Made by a program: the position numbers and the translations under genes
Shown here: piece by piece, positions 36,983 through 46,746 of the stretch
How the letters are laid out: each line of letters opens with the position of its first letter
How positions within the stretch are numbered: position 1 is the first letter of the stretch
Notes under the pieces: model-generated
Databases searched by the model: none
What the model was told of the DNA's origin: nothing
The model's input: only the letters and a program-made list of their open reading frames with translations
DNA from: an uncultured Candidatus Saccharibacteria bacterium
Lineage (GTDB): Bacteria; Patescibacteriota; Saccharimonadia; Saccharimonadales; AWTP1-31
DNA: 62,628 nucleotides
Direction: 5' to 3'
Assembly: GCA_964641545.1 (NCBI GenBank)
Contig: CAZXLT010000004.1
Location: 1-62,628 of the forward strand

Positions 36983-38287
36983 ATGCGCGTACTATTTGTT
37001 TCCCATGATTTGCTAGCAGGCTACCTTGCGGTACATATCAAAAACGAAGGCCACGATGTTAAACTTTTTATCGAGGATAAAAAAAGACGTGACAACTTGG
37101 ATGGTCTGGTAGAAAAAACCAACAATTGGAAAAAAGAATTAAAGTGGGTCGGTAAAGACGGGTTAATCATTTTTGATTATGTTGGTTTTGGAAAAGATCA
37201 AGACATGTTACGAAAGCAAGGCTATAAGGTTTTTGGGGGTTGCGAGGCGGGGGATATGCTTGAGAATGACCGAAAGTATGGTCAAGAAATTTTCCGTAAA
37301 GCCGGCATGAATATTTACGAGACCGAAAAATTTTACTCGCTTGAACAGGCAGAAGTCTTTATAAAAAATAATGAAGGTCCGTGGGTGATCAAACAGAATG
37401 AAAACGCTGATAAAAGTTTTAATTTTGTTGGCAATTATTACGATGGACGCGATGTTCTTAGGCTTCTTAAGATGTACGACAAGACACTCCCAAAGAAAGA
37501 GATGTATCCGTTCTATCTGCAAAAAAAGGCTGAAGGGATTGAGATTGCGTGCTGTAGGTACTTTAATGGTCACGATTGGGTCGGACCTATTGAGTTGAGC
37601 GTAGAGCACAAGAAGTTCTTCCCAGGGGATCTGGGGCCTACAACAGGTGAGATGGGCACGTTAACGCAGTACACGGATAATGAGAAAAATAAACTTTTTC
37701 AAAACACATTATTAAAAATGACAGATTACTTACGGTCGATTAATTATCGGGGTGTGTTTGATATTAACTCTATAGTTGATGAAGATAACGTATATCCCCT
37801 CGAAGCGACAGCGCGGTTTGGTAATCCTATCTGCCACTTGCAAAGTGACTTTTACTACAACAAATGGACCGAATACTTGTATGCAGTAGCGTCTGGGCAA
37901 AAATATGACCTAAAGTGGAGAAAAGGGTTCGGCATAGTGCTGTTTTTGGTTGTCCCCCCGTTCCCGTATACCCAGGATTTAAATAGCCACAGGCCCAAAG
38001 GTACTCACATATATTTTGACGATGTTAGTGAAGAAGAGATGGAGCATATCCATTTTGAAGATGTTAGTGTTCGTCATCTCGGAGGTGAAAAAGAGTACTA
38101 TATTTCAGACAATAGAGGTTATGTATTATACGTTACGGGTACGGCACCAACAGTTCAGCAGGCGCAAGACAAGGTTCATAAACTTGCGGGCAAAATATTT
38201 ATCCCGAAAGTTATGTATAGGCATGATATTGGCACAAAATACATACGTTCAGACCATGAGGCATTAAAGAAGTGGGGTTATTTGTAG
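36983..38287 (+). CDS. PurD-like ATP-grasp amide ligase (divergent)
   Basis: LENDRKYG, WVIK, EHKKFFPGDLGPTTGEMG, LEATARFGNP, YRHDIG; lacks the PurD N-terminal GSGGREH loop. Confidence 0.75.
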   Translation: MRVLFVSHDLLAGYLAVHIKNEGHDVKLFIEDKKRRDNLDGLVEKTNNWKKELKWVGKDGLIIFDYVGFGKDQDMLRKQGYKVFGGCEAGDMLENDRKYGQEIFRKAGMNIYETEKFYSLEQAEVFIKNNEGPWVIKQNENADKSFNFVGNYYDGRDVLRLLKMYDKTLPKKEMYPFYLQKKAEGIEIACCRYFNGHDWVGPIELSVEHKKFFPGDLGPTTGEMGTLTQYTDNEKNKLFQNTLLKMTDYLRSINYRGVFDINSIVDEDNVYPLEATARFGNPICHLQSDFYYNKWTEYLYAVASGQKYDLKWRKGFGIVLFLVVPPFPYTQDLNSHRPKGTHIYFDDVSEEEMEHIHFEDVSVRHLGGEKEYYISDNRGYVLYVTGTAPTVQQAQDKVHKLAGKIFIPKVMYRHDIGTKYIRSDHEALKKWGYL

Positions 38288-38348
38288 ATGTTTAAGCAAA
38301 AGAGGCATTGACAACCAAATTTTCAAGCGTTACTGTTGGTCTGACACT

Positions 38349-39176
38349 ATGAAGACAAAAGAAAACTCCTCCAGACTGCGGAATCTCGTCCTGTTTGCAT
38401 ACGGTGCATATCTAGTTGCCTGGGTAGCCCTCCAGTTTACAACAGAGCCAGATAGCAGTGTGCGTGAGTTATGGGCCGACACATATGGTGTGGTTGCATT
38501 AATAGGTGCCGTTGGGGGTCTAGGTTTTGCAAAAAAATGGGGAGGGCTTAAAAGCTCTTTAGGCAAAGCAATTACATTCCTAAGCATAGGGTTATGCGCA
38601 CAAGTCTTCGGTCAGATTGTATATACGTATTACTTCTACGCACAAAATGTAGAAGCACCATACCCCTCAATTGGTGACATTGGTTTCTTTGGCAGCATTC
38701 CATTCTATATTTTGGGTGCATGGTTTTTGGCAAAAACAATAGGATTTAGATTTTCTTTACGACAAACATCCGCGAAGCTACTCAGTTTTATAGTGCCTGC
38801 CATTGTACTGGCGCTGACCTACAAAACATTCTTAGATGATTATGTGTTCGCAGATACAGACAAGCTTGTAGTATTCTTGGACTTCGGTTATCCACTAGGA
38901 CAGGCAGTTTTCGTATCCATTGCATTGCTAGCATATCTAGTTTCGCGGAAGTTACTTGGCGGAACAATGCGCAACAAAGTACTGATTATCTTGCTTGGAT
39001 TAGCCGTGCAATACGCTGCTGACTTTAACTTCTTGCACCAAACGATACAAGAATCATGGCAAAATGGTGGTTATGGTGACATGCTCTATATGACAGCATA
39101 CCTATTGGTGTCCCTTGGCTTAATTAGCTTGGGACACTTTGAGCTGGGCACTACAGAGGCCAAGGAGGCGGAGTAA
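38349..39176 (+). CDS. Stand-alone 7TM membrane sensor-like protein
   Basis: Seven or more hydrophobic helices; PYPSIGDIGFF and DFGYPLG motifs typical of bacterial 7TM receptor domains. Confidence 0.7.
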   Translation: MKTKENSSRLRNLVLFAYGAYLVAWVALQFTTEPDSSVRELWADTYGVVALIGAVGGLGFAKKWGGLKSSLGKAITFLSIGLCAQVFGQIVYTYYFYAQNVEAPYPSIGDIGFFGSIPFYILGAWFLAKTIGFRFSLRQTSAKLLSFIVPAIVLALTYKTFLDDYVFADTDKLVVFLDFGYPLGQAVFVSIALLAYLVSRKLLGGTMRNKVLIILLGLAVQYAADFNFLHQTIQESWQNGGYGDMLYMTAYLLVSLGLISLGHFELGTTEAKEAE

Positions 39177-39454
39177 TGGATGTTTATGGGCAGATCGCTG
39201 CCAAAATTATCGAGCAACAAGAGGGAATCATCGGCCCGGTCGCGATAGAACAAGCTAAAACCGTTTCTGGGCTCAAAATCGACTGGGCTAAAAAGCAGGT
39301 CACTGTCAGCGGTGACGAGGCTGCTGTTATTGACAAACTGGTTTCCAAGTATAAGGAGTTGTTCGGACAAATCTCGGTTGAAGTCTGCAAAGAAGCAGCC
39401 AGCAAGTTTGCGAGCCAGTTAACTGGCGAAAAATTACCAAAATCTCTCAAGTAA
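39176..39454 (+). CDS. Small conserved hypothetical protein
   Basis: 92 aa, coupled to the 7TM gene (TAATG overlap); KIIEQQEGIIGPVAIEQA and YKELFGQISVEVCK. Confidence 0.8.
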   Translation: MDVYGQIAAKIIEQQEGIIGPVAIEQAKTVSGLKIDWAKKQVTVSGDEAAVIDKLVSKYKELFGQISVEVCKEAASKFASQLTGEKLPKSLK

Positions 39455-39538
39455 TTTTATAGTTACGTAATCTTTAAAATCAGCTCGGTTGAATGGGCTG
39501 ATTTTGCTATAGTATTAGGGAAATAAGCATAAGCATCC

Positions 39539-42358
39539 GTGACTATATCAACCTTTATTTTAATAATTTCATCAATCGGTGGGTTAGCGTTCCCGGCCGT
39601 ACTTTTAGGTAGGGATCGCCGTTCTAAGGCGCATCAAAATTTGTTGTTGTTCTCTCTGGCACTTGTTGGCTGGATGAATGCCAGCTACCAAGTTGACCAC
39701 ATTGGTCCATACCAGCTAAAGCTTTGGTTTACGCACCTTAGCTATCTTTTAGGACTTACTATTGTATTAACTCTATACCGTTTTACCTGGTACTACCCGC
39801 GAAAGCGCCTCCCGCAAACAGAGGTGTGGCAAGCATTTTATGTGTTGCTGGTTGTGGTATCTGGCCTCACACTTTTTACTCGTTTAATCATTAAAGATAT
39901 TGAGCCCACTGAAACCATTACAAACATTATTCCAGGGGTTTTGTATTGGTTTTATGTGGTTTATTTTGCCGTTGCCTTTACGTTTGCCATGCTTCGCTTG
40001 TGGTGGGAGCGGCGACAAACTGAAGATATTCTGATCCGTACTCAAATTGGCTACTTCCGTCTTGGGCTGGTTGCTGGCGGTGCCTTTGGCTTGATGACTG
40101 CTGCTGTTCTGCCGGTGTTAGCTCCTCAGTGGGAAACTGTCACATATGCACCGCTATCTTCGCTGATTATCATTATTCCAATGGCTTTGGCATTTATGAA
40201 GAGCCATCTGATGGATGTTCGTCAGTTGATGGTGCGAATCTTGGCGTATCTCCTTAGCTTTATGAGTGTGTTTGGCTGCCTGGCAGTGTTTGTAGGTGTG
40301 ACTGGATTCCAGACCACCAGACCTGGTCGCTGGATTGCTTTAGGGCTAACTGGGGGGTTGCTGTTGTTTACGAACCAGCTGGTAGAGGGATTTGATGCAA
40401 TTCTGAGGAAATACCTGTTCCGGGATGCATATCAGGGAAGAGAGTTGCTGGCACGGTTCAATAGTATCCTCTCTAGTAAAGCTGACCTGGCTCAGATACT
40501 CGCAAAAACTGCACAGTTAATAGAAGAAGCCTTAGCGGTAGAATACGCTGTATTTGGAGCACGAAAAGGCGAAGATATCATTGGGCGGGTTGCTAGTGGA
40601 CATGGCAAATTGCCGAAAGAACTCGATATTGCACGCTTAAGTCCGCAGTTCTTACATACTCGCAAGCGATTTATTCACATACGTGATTTATCGGCGAAGC
40701 ACAAAATTGTACGCAGTAACCTGTTGCGTAACAAAATTGGACTGGCTGTCCGTATATCCAAGACCAATGAACAGGGTAATCAGCTAGGGTTTTTAATTAC
40801 GGGAGTGCGTAAGAACGGTCGCCCGTATACTCGACAAGACATCAAATTCATAACAGCTATAGTAGATGGCTTGGGTCCGATTATCGAAAAATCTCTGACT
40901 GTAGAGCAGGATTTCGAGCATGTAACGCAGGAGATGTACCGCAAAAACCTGGAGCTGGTAGAAACCAACCGTACATTATCCCTGTTGCGCGCTATAGATG
41001 CACTGGTTTTGGAATCGCAAGACTCCCTTGAGGTGCTCACCACGGCAATTGCTAAAGCAATCAGTGGAAATAGTAATTTTACCTCTGTTGCTATTTTTGC
41101 TCGGATGCCAGGGAAGTCTGATCTGGAACTGTTTGGACGTAGTCTGCCAGGAGAATCGGGGGGCGCAAAAGAAGTGGAACTGCCCACAATACTACTGGAT
41201 ACGGAAGATTCGTGGTTATCGGGTGAGGAAAGAAGTTTACGGCTGCATGTAGAAAGCGAGGATCTGGCGCATCATCGGCATCTTGGGCTAACAAAAACCA
41301 ACATTACTCAGCTTTACAACAGTGGCGAAGTGCACATGGTGTATCTGCTAAAACTGCAGGCTCGTCAAAAAGTGGTGGGTGCTATGGCAATTGGTTTTGT
41401 AAATGACAAAGAGGCCTTGTCGCAAGAAGACATTGGTTTGCTAGAACGGCTCAGTGACGCTGTGGGTGTGGCTGTTGATAACCGCTTGCTGTTTGAGGAA
41501 AACAAGCGCGTGCTGGCAAAGTTGCAGAAAACCAACGACAAACTGCGTGCACTAGACGAAGCCAAAGACGAGTTCATCAGCATGGCCTCACACCAATTAC
41601 GTACGCCGCTAACCTCTGTTAAAGGCTATGTCAGTATGGTGCTGGAAGGTGATGCTGGCAAGATACCCAAGGCTCAGCATGATCTGTTGGGGCAGGCATT
41701 CGCCAGCAGCCAGCGCATGGTGTATCTGATAGCTGATCTGTTAAACGTATCGAGACTTCGTACGGGTAAGTTTGTGATCGAGAACAAACCTACACAACTA
41801 GCAGAGGTGGTAGAAACTGAACTGAGTCAGTTACAAGAAGCTGCAAAGAGCAAAAAACAGACGTTGACGTATAAGAAACCAGGCAAATTCCCAGAGCTCA
41901 TGATGGACGAAACGAAGATTCGGCAAGTAATTATGAACTTCACCGACAATGCCCTGTACTACACGCAGCCGGGCGGCAAGATAGCAGTTAATCTGGAAAA
42001 CAAAGGAAAAACCATTGAATTTACAGTGGTAGATAACGGTATTGGCGTGCCGAAAGCCGAGCAGCACAAGCTCTTTGGCAAGTTCTACCGTGCCGGTAAC
42101 GCCCGCAAAGCACGCCCAGATGGGACGGGGTTAGGGTTGTTTATGGCTAAGAAGGTCATTATTGCCCAGGGCGGTTCAGTTATTTTTAAAACGGCCGAAA
42201 ACAAAGGCAGCACTTTTGGCTTTAGCTTCCCTGTTGCCAAGCTAAAAGTAACGCCTAAAGCGCTGGCAGAGGCGCAAAAAGCATCGAGCTCAACACCAAT
42301 GACTACTGCAGCCGATAAGCCTGTAAAAACCCCCGCAGAAAACCCAGAGAAGTCATAA
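39539..42358 (+). CDS. Sensor histidine kinase (N-terminal 7TM, two GAF-like domains, HisKA, HATPase)
   Basis: H-box FISMASHQLRTPL, N-box NFTDNALYY, G1 DNGIGV, F-box LFGKFYR, G2 GTGLGL. Confidence 0.93.
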   Translation: MTISTFILIISSIGGLAFPAVLLGRDRRSKAHQNLLLFSLALVGWMNASYQVDHIGPYQLKLWFTHLSYLLGLTIVLTLYRFTWYYPRKRLPQTEVWQAFYVLLVVVSGLTLFTRLIIKDIEPTETITNIIPGVLYWFYVVYFAVAFTFAMLRLWWERRQTEDILIRTQIGYFRLGLVAGGAFGLMTAAVLPVLAPQWETVTYAPLSSLIIIIPMALAFMKSHLMDVRQLMVRILAYLLSFMSVFGCLAVFVGVTGFQTTRPGRWIALGLTGGLLLFTNQLVEGFDAILRKYLFRDAYQGRELLARFNSILSSKADLAQILAKTAQLIEEALAVEYAVFGARKGEDIIGRVASGHGKLPKELDIARLSPQFLHTRKRFIHIRDLSAKHKIVRSNLLRNKIGLAVRISKTNEQGNQLGFLITGVRKNGRPYTRQDIKFITAIVDGLGPIIEKSLTVEQDFEHVTQEMYRKNLELVETNRTLSLLRAIDALVLESQDSLEVLTTAIAKAISGNSNFTSVAIFARMPGKSDLELFGRSLPGESGGAKEVELPTILLDTEDSWLSGEERSLRLHVESEDLAHHRHLGLTKTNITQLYNSGEVHMVYLLKLQARQKVVGAMAIGFVNDKEALSQEDIGLLERLSDAVGVAVDNRLLFEENKRVLAKLQKTNDKLRALDEAKDEFISMASHQLRTPLTSVKGYVSMVLEGDAGKIPKAQHDLLGQAFASSQRMVYLIADLLNVSRLRTGKFVIENKPTQLAEVVETELSQLQEAAKSKKQTLTYKKPGKFPELMMDETKIRQVIMNFTDNALYYTQPGGKIAVNLENKGKTIEFTVVDNGIGVPKAEQHKLFGKFYRAGNARKARPDGTGLGLFMAKKVIIAQGGSVIFKTAENKGSTFGFSFPVAKLKVTPKALAEAQKASSSTPMTTAADKPVKTPAENPEKS

Positions 42359-42380
42359 TATAGGCATTAGCAAAATAACA

Positions 42381-42409
42381 TTGACAAAATAGCACTTTTG
42401 CTGTATTGT
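42381..42409 (+). promoter_or_regulatory. sigma70-type promoter, probably leaderless
   Basis: TTGACA-17 bp-TATTGT, 7 nt before ATG 42417. Confidence 0.75.
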
Positions 42410-42416
42410 ATACCCC

Positions 42417-43328
42417 ATGTCTTATATGGAGTTTTTACCCCTTGCAGGTGCTGGCGTTGGTTATGCGGCAGGACAATTTGCAGAGTACCGTGCCGTTGCA
42501 AACATCGAAGGGCACAGTGCTGCACTTGCAAATGTTTGGCAGCATGCGCGTGAAGCAATAGCTCCTAGCCGTGCTAAACAAGTTGGTGCAAAAGCACTTG
42601 CCCCGCTGGCTTTAGTCGGTGGTTTGGCTGGCTTTGCAAACACAGCTGCGTGGATTCCAGAAGAAGGTCCGGAACTGGTGCCTCCAACTGTAGCAGTCGT
42701 GATTGATCACTCGTATGCAACAACACTCGATGAAGGTAAGGCTCATAAACAAATTGACAGTGTCGCAGAAGTCTTTGCAGATACTGAAAGCGTAAAAGCA
42801 CAGGCAGTAATTGCCGGTGGTGGGGTATTCGAGCTGGCTAAAATTACAGATGTAGCCAAGGACGAACCGTTTGGTGCTGCACCGATGCCTCAAGCCTTTA
42901 ATGCCGCGCTCGAACAGGTGACTGCCGCCAACCAGCAAAAGGCTGGCAAGATAGGCGAAAGTACAAACGCAATTGTGGTTGCAACCAATGGAAACGGTAT
43001 CGGAGCCCCAGATGAGGTTATTTCGCGTGCAAACGAGGCAGGAATACCGGTTTTTGTCGTTAACGCAGAAGGTAAAGCAACCAATCCGGCTGCTGGTGAA
43101 GAGTTTAAGGAAATAGCCAAACAAACCCAAGGAAAAGTTTGGACAACTGATCAGAAGAACCTAGATGAAGTTGTTGAAGACATCACAAAAAAACTTGTTC
43201 CAAGCACCGAAAAAGACCCAACAACAGCTGATTGGATTGAGAGACTTGTCTACGCAATAGGCTTTACAACACTGTTGCCGGTTTTGTACCGACGACGAAG
43301 TCAGTTAACCCATCGGGCGATGAAGTAA
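42417..43328 (+). CDS. Membrane-anchored VWA-domain protein
   Basis: VVIDHSYAT MIDAS-like, VVATNG, IPVFVV, EIAKQTQGK; TM helices at both ends. Confidence 0.7.
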   Translation: MSYMEFLPLAGAGVGYAAGQFAEYRAVANIEGHSAALANVWQHAREAIAPSRAKQVGAKALAPLALVGGLAGFANTAAWIPEEGPELVPPTVAVVIDHSYATTLDEGKAHKQIDSVAEVFADTESVKAQAVIAGGGVFELAKITDVAKDEPFGAAPMPQAFNAALEQVTAANQQKAGKIGESTNAIVVATNGNGIGAPDEVISRANEAGIPVFVVNAEGKATNPAAGEEFKEIAKQTQGKVWTTDQKNLDEVVEDITKKLVPSTEKDPTTADWIERLVYAIGFTTLLPVLYRRRSQLTHRAMK

Positions 43329-43346
43329 GGATTACGAGTAAAGGAG

Positions 43347-44447
43347 ATGACTATGCATGTAACAGGAACACCAGACCAATTCGGCGGCGGGGCAATGCCA
43401 GTGCCAGGGTTAGAAATCTATCGAACCATGCCAGCCGGTTATATTGACGGTAAAACATTTAATGATCGTGGTATGGATGCGCTCGCACCAGTTCTTTTAG
43501 GTGAGCGAGTTGCTGCCATGGCAGTTTTAACAACTGCAGTACTTGGTAAAACCGTATCACTGTTCGGTATACCTGGTGGTGCTAAAACTACGCTTGGTCG
43601 TGACGCGTATCGAATTATTGATGGTGTGTCGGCTGCTGACGTTGCCGTTATCCCTTCGCAAGCCGACCTCAAGCCCCAACAGGTTATTGGTGGTTGGGTT
43701 GGAACAGAAAGAACTGTTGATGATGCTGAGGGCAGCCGAACAGAAAAAACTGGGACAAGAATTAAAGGTCTTGTCCAACCAAACACAAAGTGGATATTTG
43801 CCAACGAGTATAACCGTACTGCTCCCCATGCCGTAGGTGCGCTACTTGAGGTATTAGAGAATAACACGCTCGAAAACTCCGAGGGTACATTTAAGCTCGA
43901 TTTACAAGGTGGGGTCTTCACGAGTAACCCAGATGAAATTGGTGAAAACACCTTTAAGACATCAAAGGCTTTAGCACGACGTTTGAAGCTTGGTGCTCGT
44001 ATGGGTTCCGAACCAGCAAACGAGATTGAAGAAGCAGAACTCGATGCGGATATCGATAAAATGGCAGATGGCTGGGAAGCTGCTCCAGAAGATATTCGAC
44101 CGGTAATAAGCATTGACAACCTTCGCTACTTACGCGTAGCAATGCAAGGGCTCCACATAGATGCAACGACCAAAGTAAAGCATTTTCGTCCAGCGGTTAA
44201 AGGCTTTGTGGAGGTAATGAAAGCTATGGGTATCCAAGAAGCTCACAGAAGTACTGCGGGCGAAATGGCAAAAACTGCTCGAGCTATCGCTATGCTTGGT
44301 GGTGAACCCCAGGTTACGCCTCGTGCAATTCACTGGGCCGTGCATTTCATGGTCAATGGTCGTCTGGGTGCGTTAAAACGCGACAGTGGGACCCTCGCAC
44401 CCGAAGCAATCAGCCGAATCGCACAACACGCGCAGCTACACATCTAA
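43347..44447 (+). CDS. MoxR-family AAA+ ATPase (divergent)
   Basis: GIPGGAKTT, DLKPQQVIG, FANEYNRTAPHAVGALLEVLE, TSNP, TARAIAMLGG..VTP. Confidence 0.8.
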   Translation: MTMHVTGTPDQFGGGAMPVPGLEIYRTMPAGYIDGKTFNDRGMDALAPVLLGERVAAMAVLTTAVLGKTVSLFGIPGGAKTTLGRDAYRIIDGVSAADVAVIPSQADLKPQQVIGGWVGTERTVDDAEGSRTEKTGTRIKGLVQPNTKWIFANEYNRTAPHAVGALLEVLENNTLENSEGTFKLDLQGGVFTSNPDEIGENTFKTSKALARRLKLGARMGSEPANEIEEAELDADIDKMADGWEAAPEDIRPVISIDNLRYLRVAMQGLHIDATTKVKHFRPAVKGFVEVMKAMGIQEAHRSTAGEMAKTARAIAMLGGEPQVTPRAIHWAVHFMVNGRLGALKRDSGTLAPEAISRIAQHAQLHI

Positions 44448-44477
44448 CGGCATTACTGCATAATTTGGAAATAACAC

Positions 44478-45287
44478 ATGCTACACCGTACCAATCAAGC
44501 AATGACCGAACTTGCCGCGAACAGCCCATACGGGGCGGGTGTTCACTTTGCTGATCATGTCCGTGCAGGGGCGGATGGGTTGGTAATAGGAGAAACCGAG
44601 CTCAATTACGCGTTGCATGACCCAGGTGATGTCATGCACGACTCCATAATGGCGGAAGTAACAGGCTTGGATTATGTCCCTATAACGATTCCGCAACACC
44701 CGGTTCATGTAAACATGGTTGTCGACAGAAACGTTGACAGGGGTGACTCACCAGAAATTGCTGAAGCCAAAACATGGGCTATTGACCGCGTGCAGGCAGA
44801 AATACGTGACTCTCGTCCAGACGGTAATGATACTGTGTCGTTATTTTACATTGATGGCGAAGGTTTATTCCGACCAACCGAAGGCGAAGAGCCAATTACG
44901 TCGCCGGAAGACCTTCTAGAAATATGCGGCCGAGGGCTTACCTTTGTTGTGAGTGACTTTAACAGATTGGGTTCAGCAGCTTTTACTGGACAGACGCTTG
45001 ATAGACCGGTCGTTGGTGTTCGTGTTAATCATGCAGCAGAATTAGGAGTTCCCCCAGGTAAGGGAACAATCGATGTAGGCGGCGGTGCCGAATTAAATAC
45101 CGACAACCCCGAGCAACTAGCGGCATTTAACGACGCATTAGCAGAGTATCACAGCGGAGTTGACGCCGAATTAGCTCGCGCAGGGCTGCTTGTTGCACGC
45201 ATTGCTGTGCAGCCTTGGGTCCCGGGTGGTTTGGATATGCCGCAGGTAGATGAAGCAATCGCTGCACAGGTTAAACGCTTACGCTAA
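44478..45287 (+). CDS. DUF58-like MoxR partner (divergent)
   Basis: Position after moxR; GAGVHF, NMVVD, FVVSDF motifs. Confidence 0.5.
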   Translation: MLHRTNQAMTELAANSPYGAGVHFADHVRAGADGLVIGETELNYALHDPGDVMHDSIMAEVTGLDYVPITIPQHPVHVNMVVDRNVDRGDSPEIAEAKTWAIDRVQAEIRDSRPDGNDTVSLFYIDGEGLFRPTEGEEPITSPEDLLEICGRGLTFVVSDFNRLGSAAFTGQTLDRPVVGVRVNHAAELGVPPGKGTIDVGGGAELNTDNPEQLAAFNDALAEYHSGVDAELARAGLLVARIAVQPWVPGGLDMPQVDEAIAAQVKRLR

Positions 45288-45306
45288 AACAAGCATAAAA
45301 ATAATA

Positions 45307-45335
45307 TTGACAAAAATAACAATGAGTGATATCAT
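45307..45335 (+). promoter_or_regulatory. sigma70-type promoter
   Basis: TTGACA-17 bp-TATCAT. Confidence 0.75.
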
Positions 45336-45423
45336 AAGCAAGTTAAAAACCTTTCTCTTGGGAATCATTAATTTCCAGAGGTGGGAAATGAGTAACTAAG
45401 GTGTCGAGGAGAGTTTAATTATT

Positions 45424-46722
45424 ATGACAACCCCAGAACAAATGACATTAGCAACTGGTCACCAATCACTTGGTCAGTTTGAAGCGCATCAAGGTTTTGC
45501 AGATGCCCCTGCGCGACGCGTTGGTCGTGGATTACGGCTAGCAGGTGGTGTTGTGATCGGCCTAACACTTGGTCTAGCACTCGCCAGTTGTTCTTCTGGT
45601 GGAGAAGGCGATACGGATGGTCGTGGAGACGGCACAGAACAAGTTATTCCTGGCTGTGAAGAATATGTACAGGATTTAGCAGCTGCTAATCCTAGACTGT
45701 ATAGTTCTGAAGCTGCCTTTCCAAAGCTTAAGGGTGTTGATGGTCCAAAAGATGTCCAGGATGCAGTAGACTCGCTGTACGATAAGGATGGTCCGCTCGG
45801 TGGAAAAGGTGATTATGCATCATTAGCTGGTGGCATGGCACTTATTGGTGAGCAAGCTGCCGATGGCAAGCCGGCTGCCGACCCTTCATATAGCGTTATA
45901 GGTACTTTCGCAAGCAAGAGCGGTGAATATGCTGCACCAGAAGGTGGTCAAGCAAAAGCCCGTGAAGACTGCGAAAAACTACGTGAAGTTATGAACCAGA
46001 CAGCTGTTTGGGACCCCGAATGGGCTCACGAAGGTGATACCCTAACACTTGCTAACTTCCACCACGACGAAGACGATGGTAAAGAAGATGGTTTTGGACC
46101 TTTTGAAATCACTGGTCTGTCACTCGACCCACGTGTTGCCGAAGAAACCATGAAGGTTATTGCCTTTCGTCTAGACTCAACATCTCGAAAAATCGATGGA
46201 TTTACAGAGTGGGCATACGAGCCAAAAACTGGTCTGTGGTACACAAAGGGCATCCACCCAGAAGCTGGTCAAGGGGTAGACCTTGACGGTAAGCAGGTAG
46301 CTCCAGTGCAACCACAACCAAGCGAAGAAGGTCCAGAAGTCTCACAAGGCGGCGCAAGCGACGACACAGAGGCTAATGGTCCTAATGGTGACGACGGTAC
46401 TTGTGGCGTAGCCGGCGGTGAATGTGAAGGTGATGCCCCTGGCGGTGGTGGCCACGGTGGCGATACAACACCTACAACCGGCGTAACACCTACAACCGGC
46501 GTAACACCTACAACTGGTGCAACACCTACAACTGGTGCAACACCTACAACTGGTGCAACACCTACAACCGGCGTAACACCTACAACTGCACCTCGCACAA
46601 CTACAACTGCACCTCGCACAACTACAACCGAAGGACCAAAGAGCTGTGAACCTGGCGATACAGATCCGGCTTGTCCTCAACCACCACGTGCTACGACAAC
46701 AACTAACCCAATTTTTAGATAG
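45424..46722 (+). CDS. Putative lipoprotein with Thr/Pro tandem-repeat tail
   Basis: Hydrophobic stretch ending in lipobox LASC; acidic Gly-rich linker; (TPTTG[V/A])x6 + (APRTTTT)x2. Confidence 0.72.
   Translation: MTTPEQMTLATGHQSLGQFEAHQGFADAPARRVGRGLRLAGGVVIGLTLGLALASCSSGGEGDTDGRGDGTEQVIPGCEEYVQDLAAANPRLYSSEAAFPKLKGVDGPKDVQDAVDSLYDKDGPLGGKGDYASLAGGMALIGEQAADGKPAADPSYSVIGTFASKSGEYAAPEGGQAKAREDCEKLREVMNQTAVWDPEWAHEGDTLTLANFHHDEDDGKEDGFGPFEITGLSLDPRVAEETMKVIAFRLDSTSRKIDGFTEWAYEPKTGLWYTKGIHPEAGQGVDLDGKQVAPVQPQPSEEGPEVSQGGASDDTEANGPNGDDGTCGVAGGECEGDAPGGGGHGGDTTPTTGVTPTTGVTPTTGATPTTGATPTTGATPTTGVTPTTAPRTTTTAPRTTTTEGPKSCEPGDTDPACPQPPRATTTTNPIFR
46468..46629 (+). repeat. Coding tandem repeat: six 18-bp units plus two 21-bp units
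   Basis: acacctacaac(c/t)gg(c/t)g(t/c)a x6 (46468-46575), a partial unit, gcacctcgcacaactacaac(t/c) x2 (46588-46629). Confidence 0.92.
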
Positions 46723-46746
46723 TCAGAAGGATTTAAGGAGATAACG

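Noticed and set aside
36983-38287. Calling this gene purD
   Set aside because: It lacks the GSGGREH loop, its catalytic motifs are altered, and no other pur genes are in the window.
46468-46629. Possible CRISPR array
   Set aside because: The repeats are contiguous with no spacers, in frame inside a CDS, and there are no cas genes.
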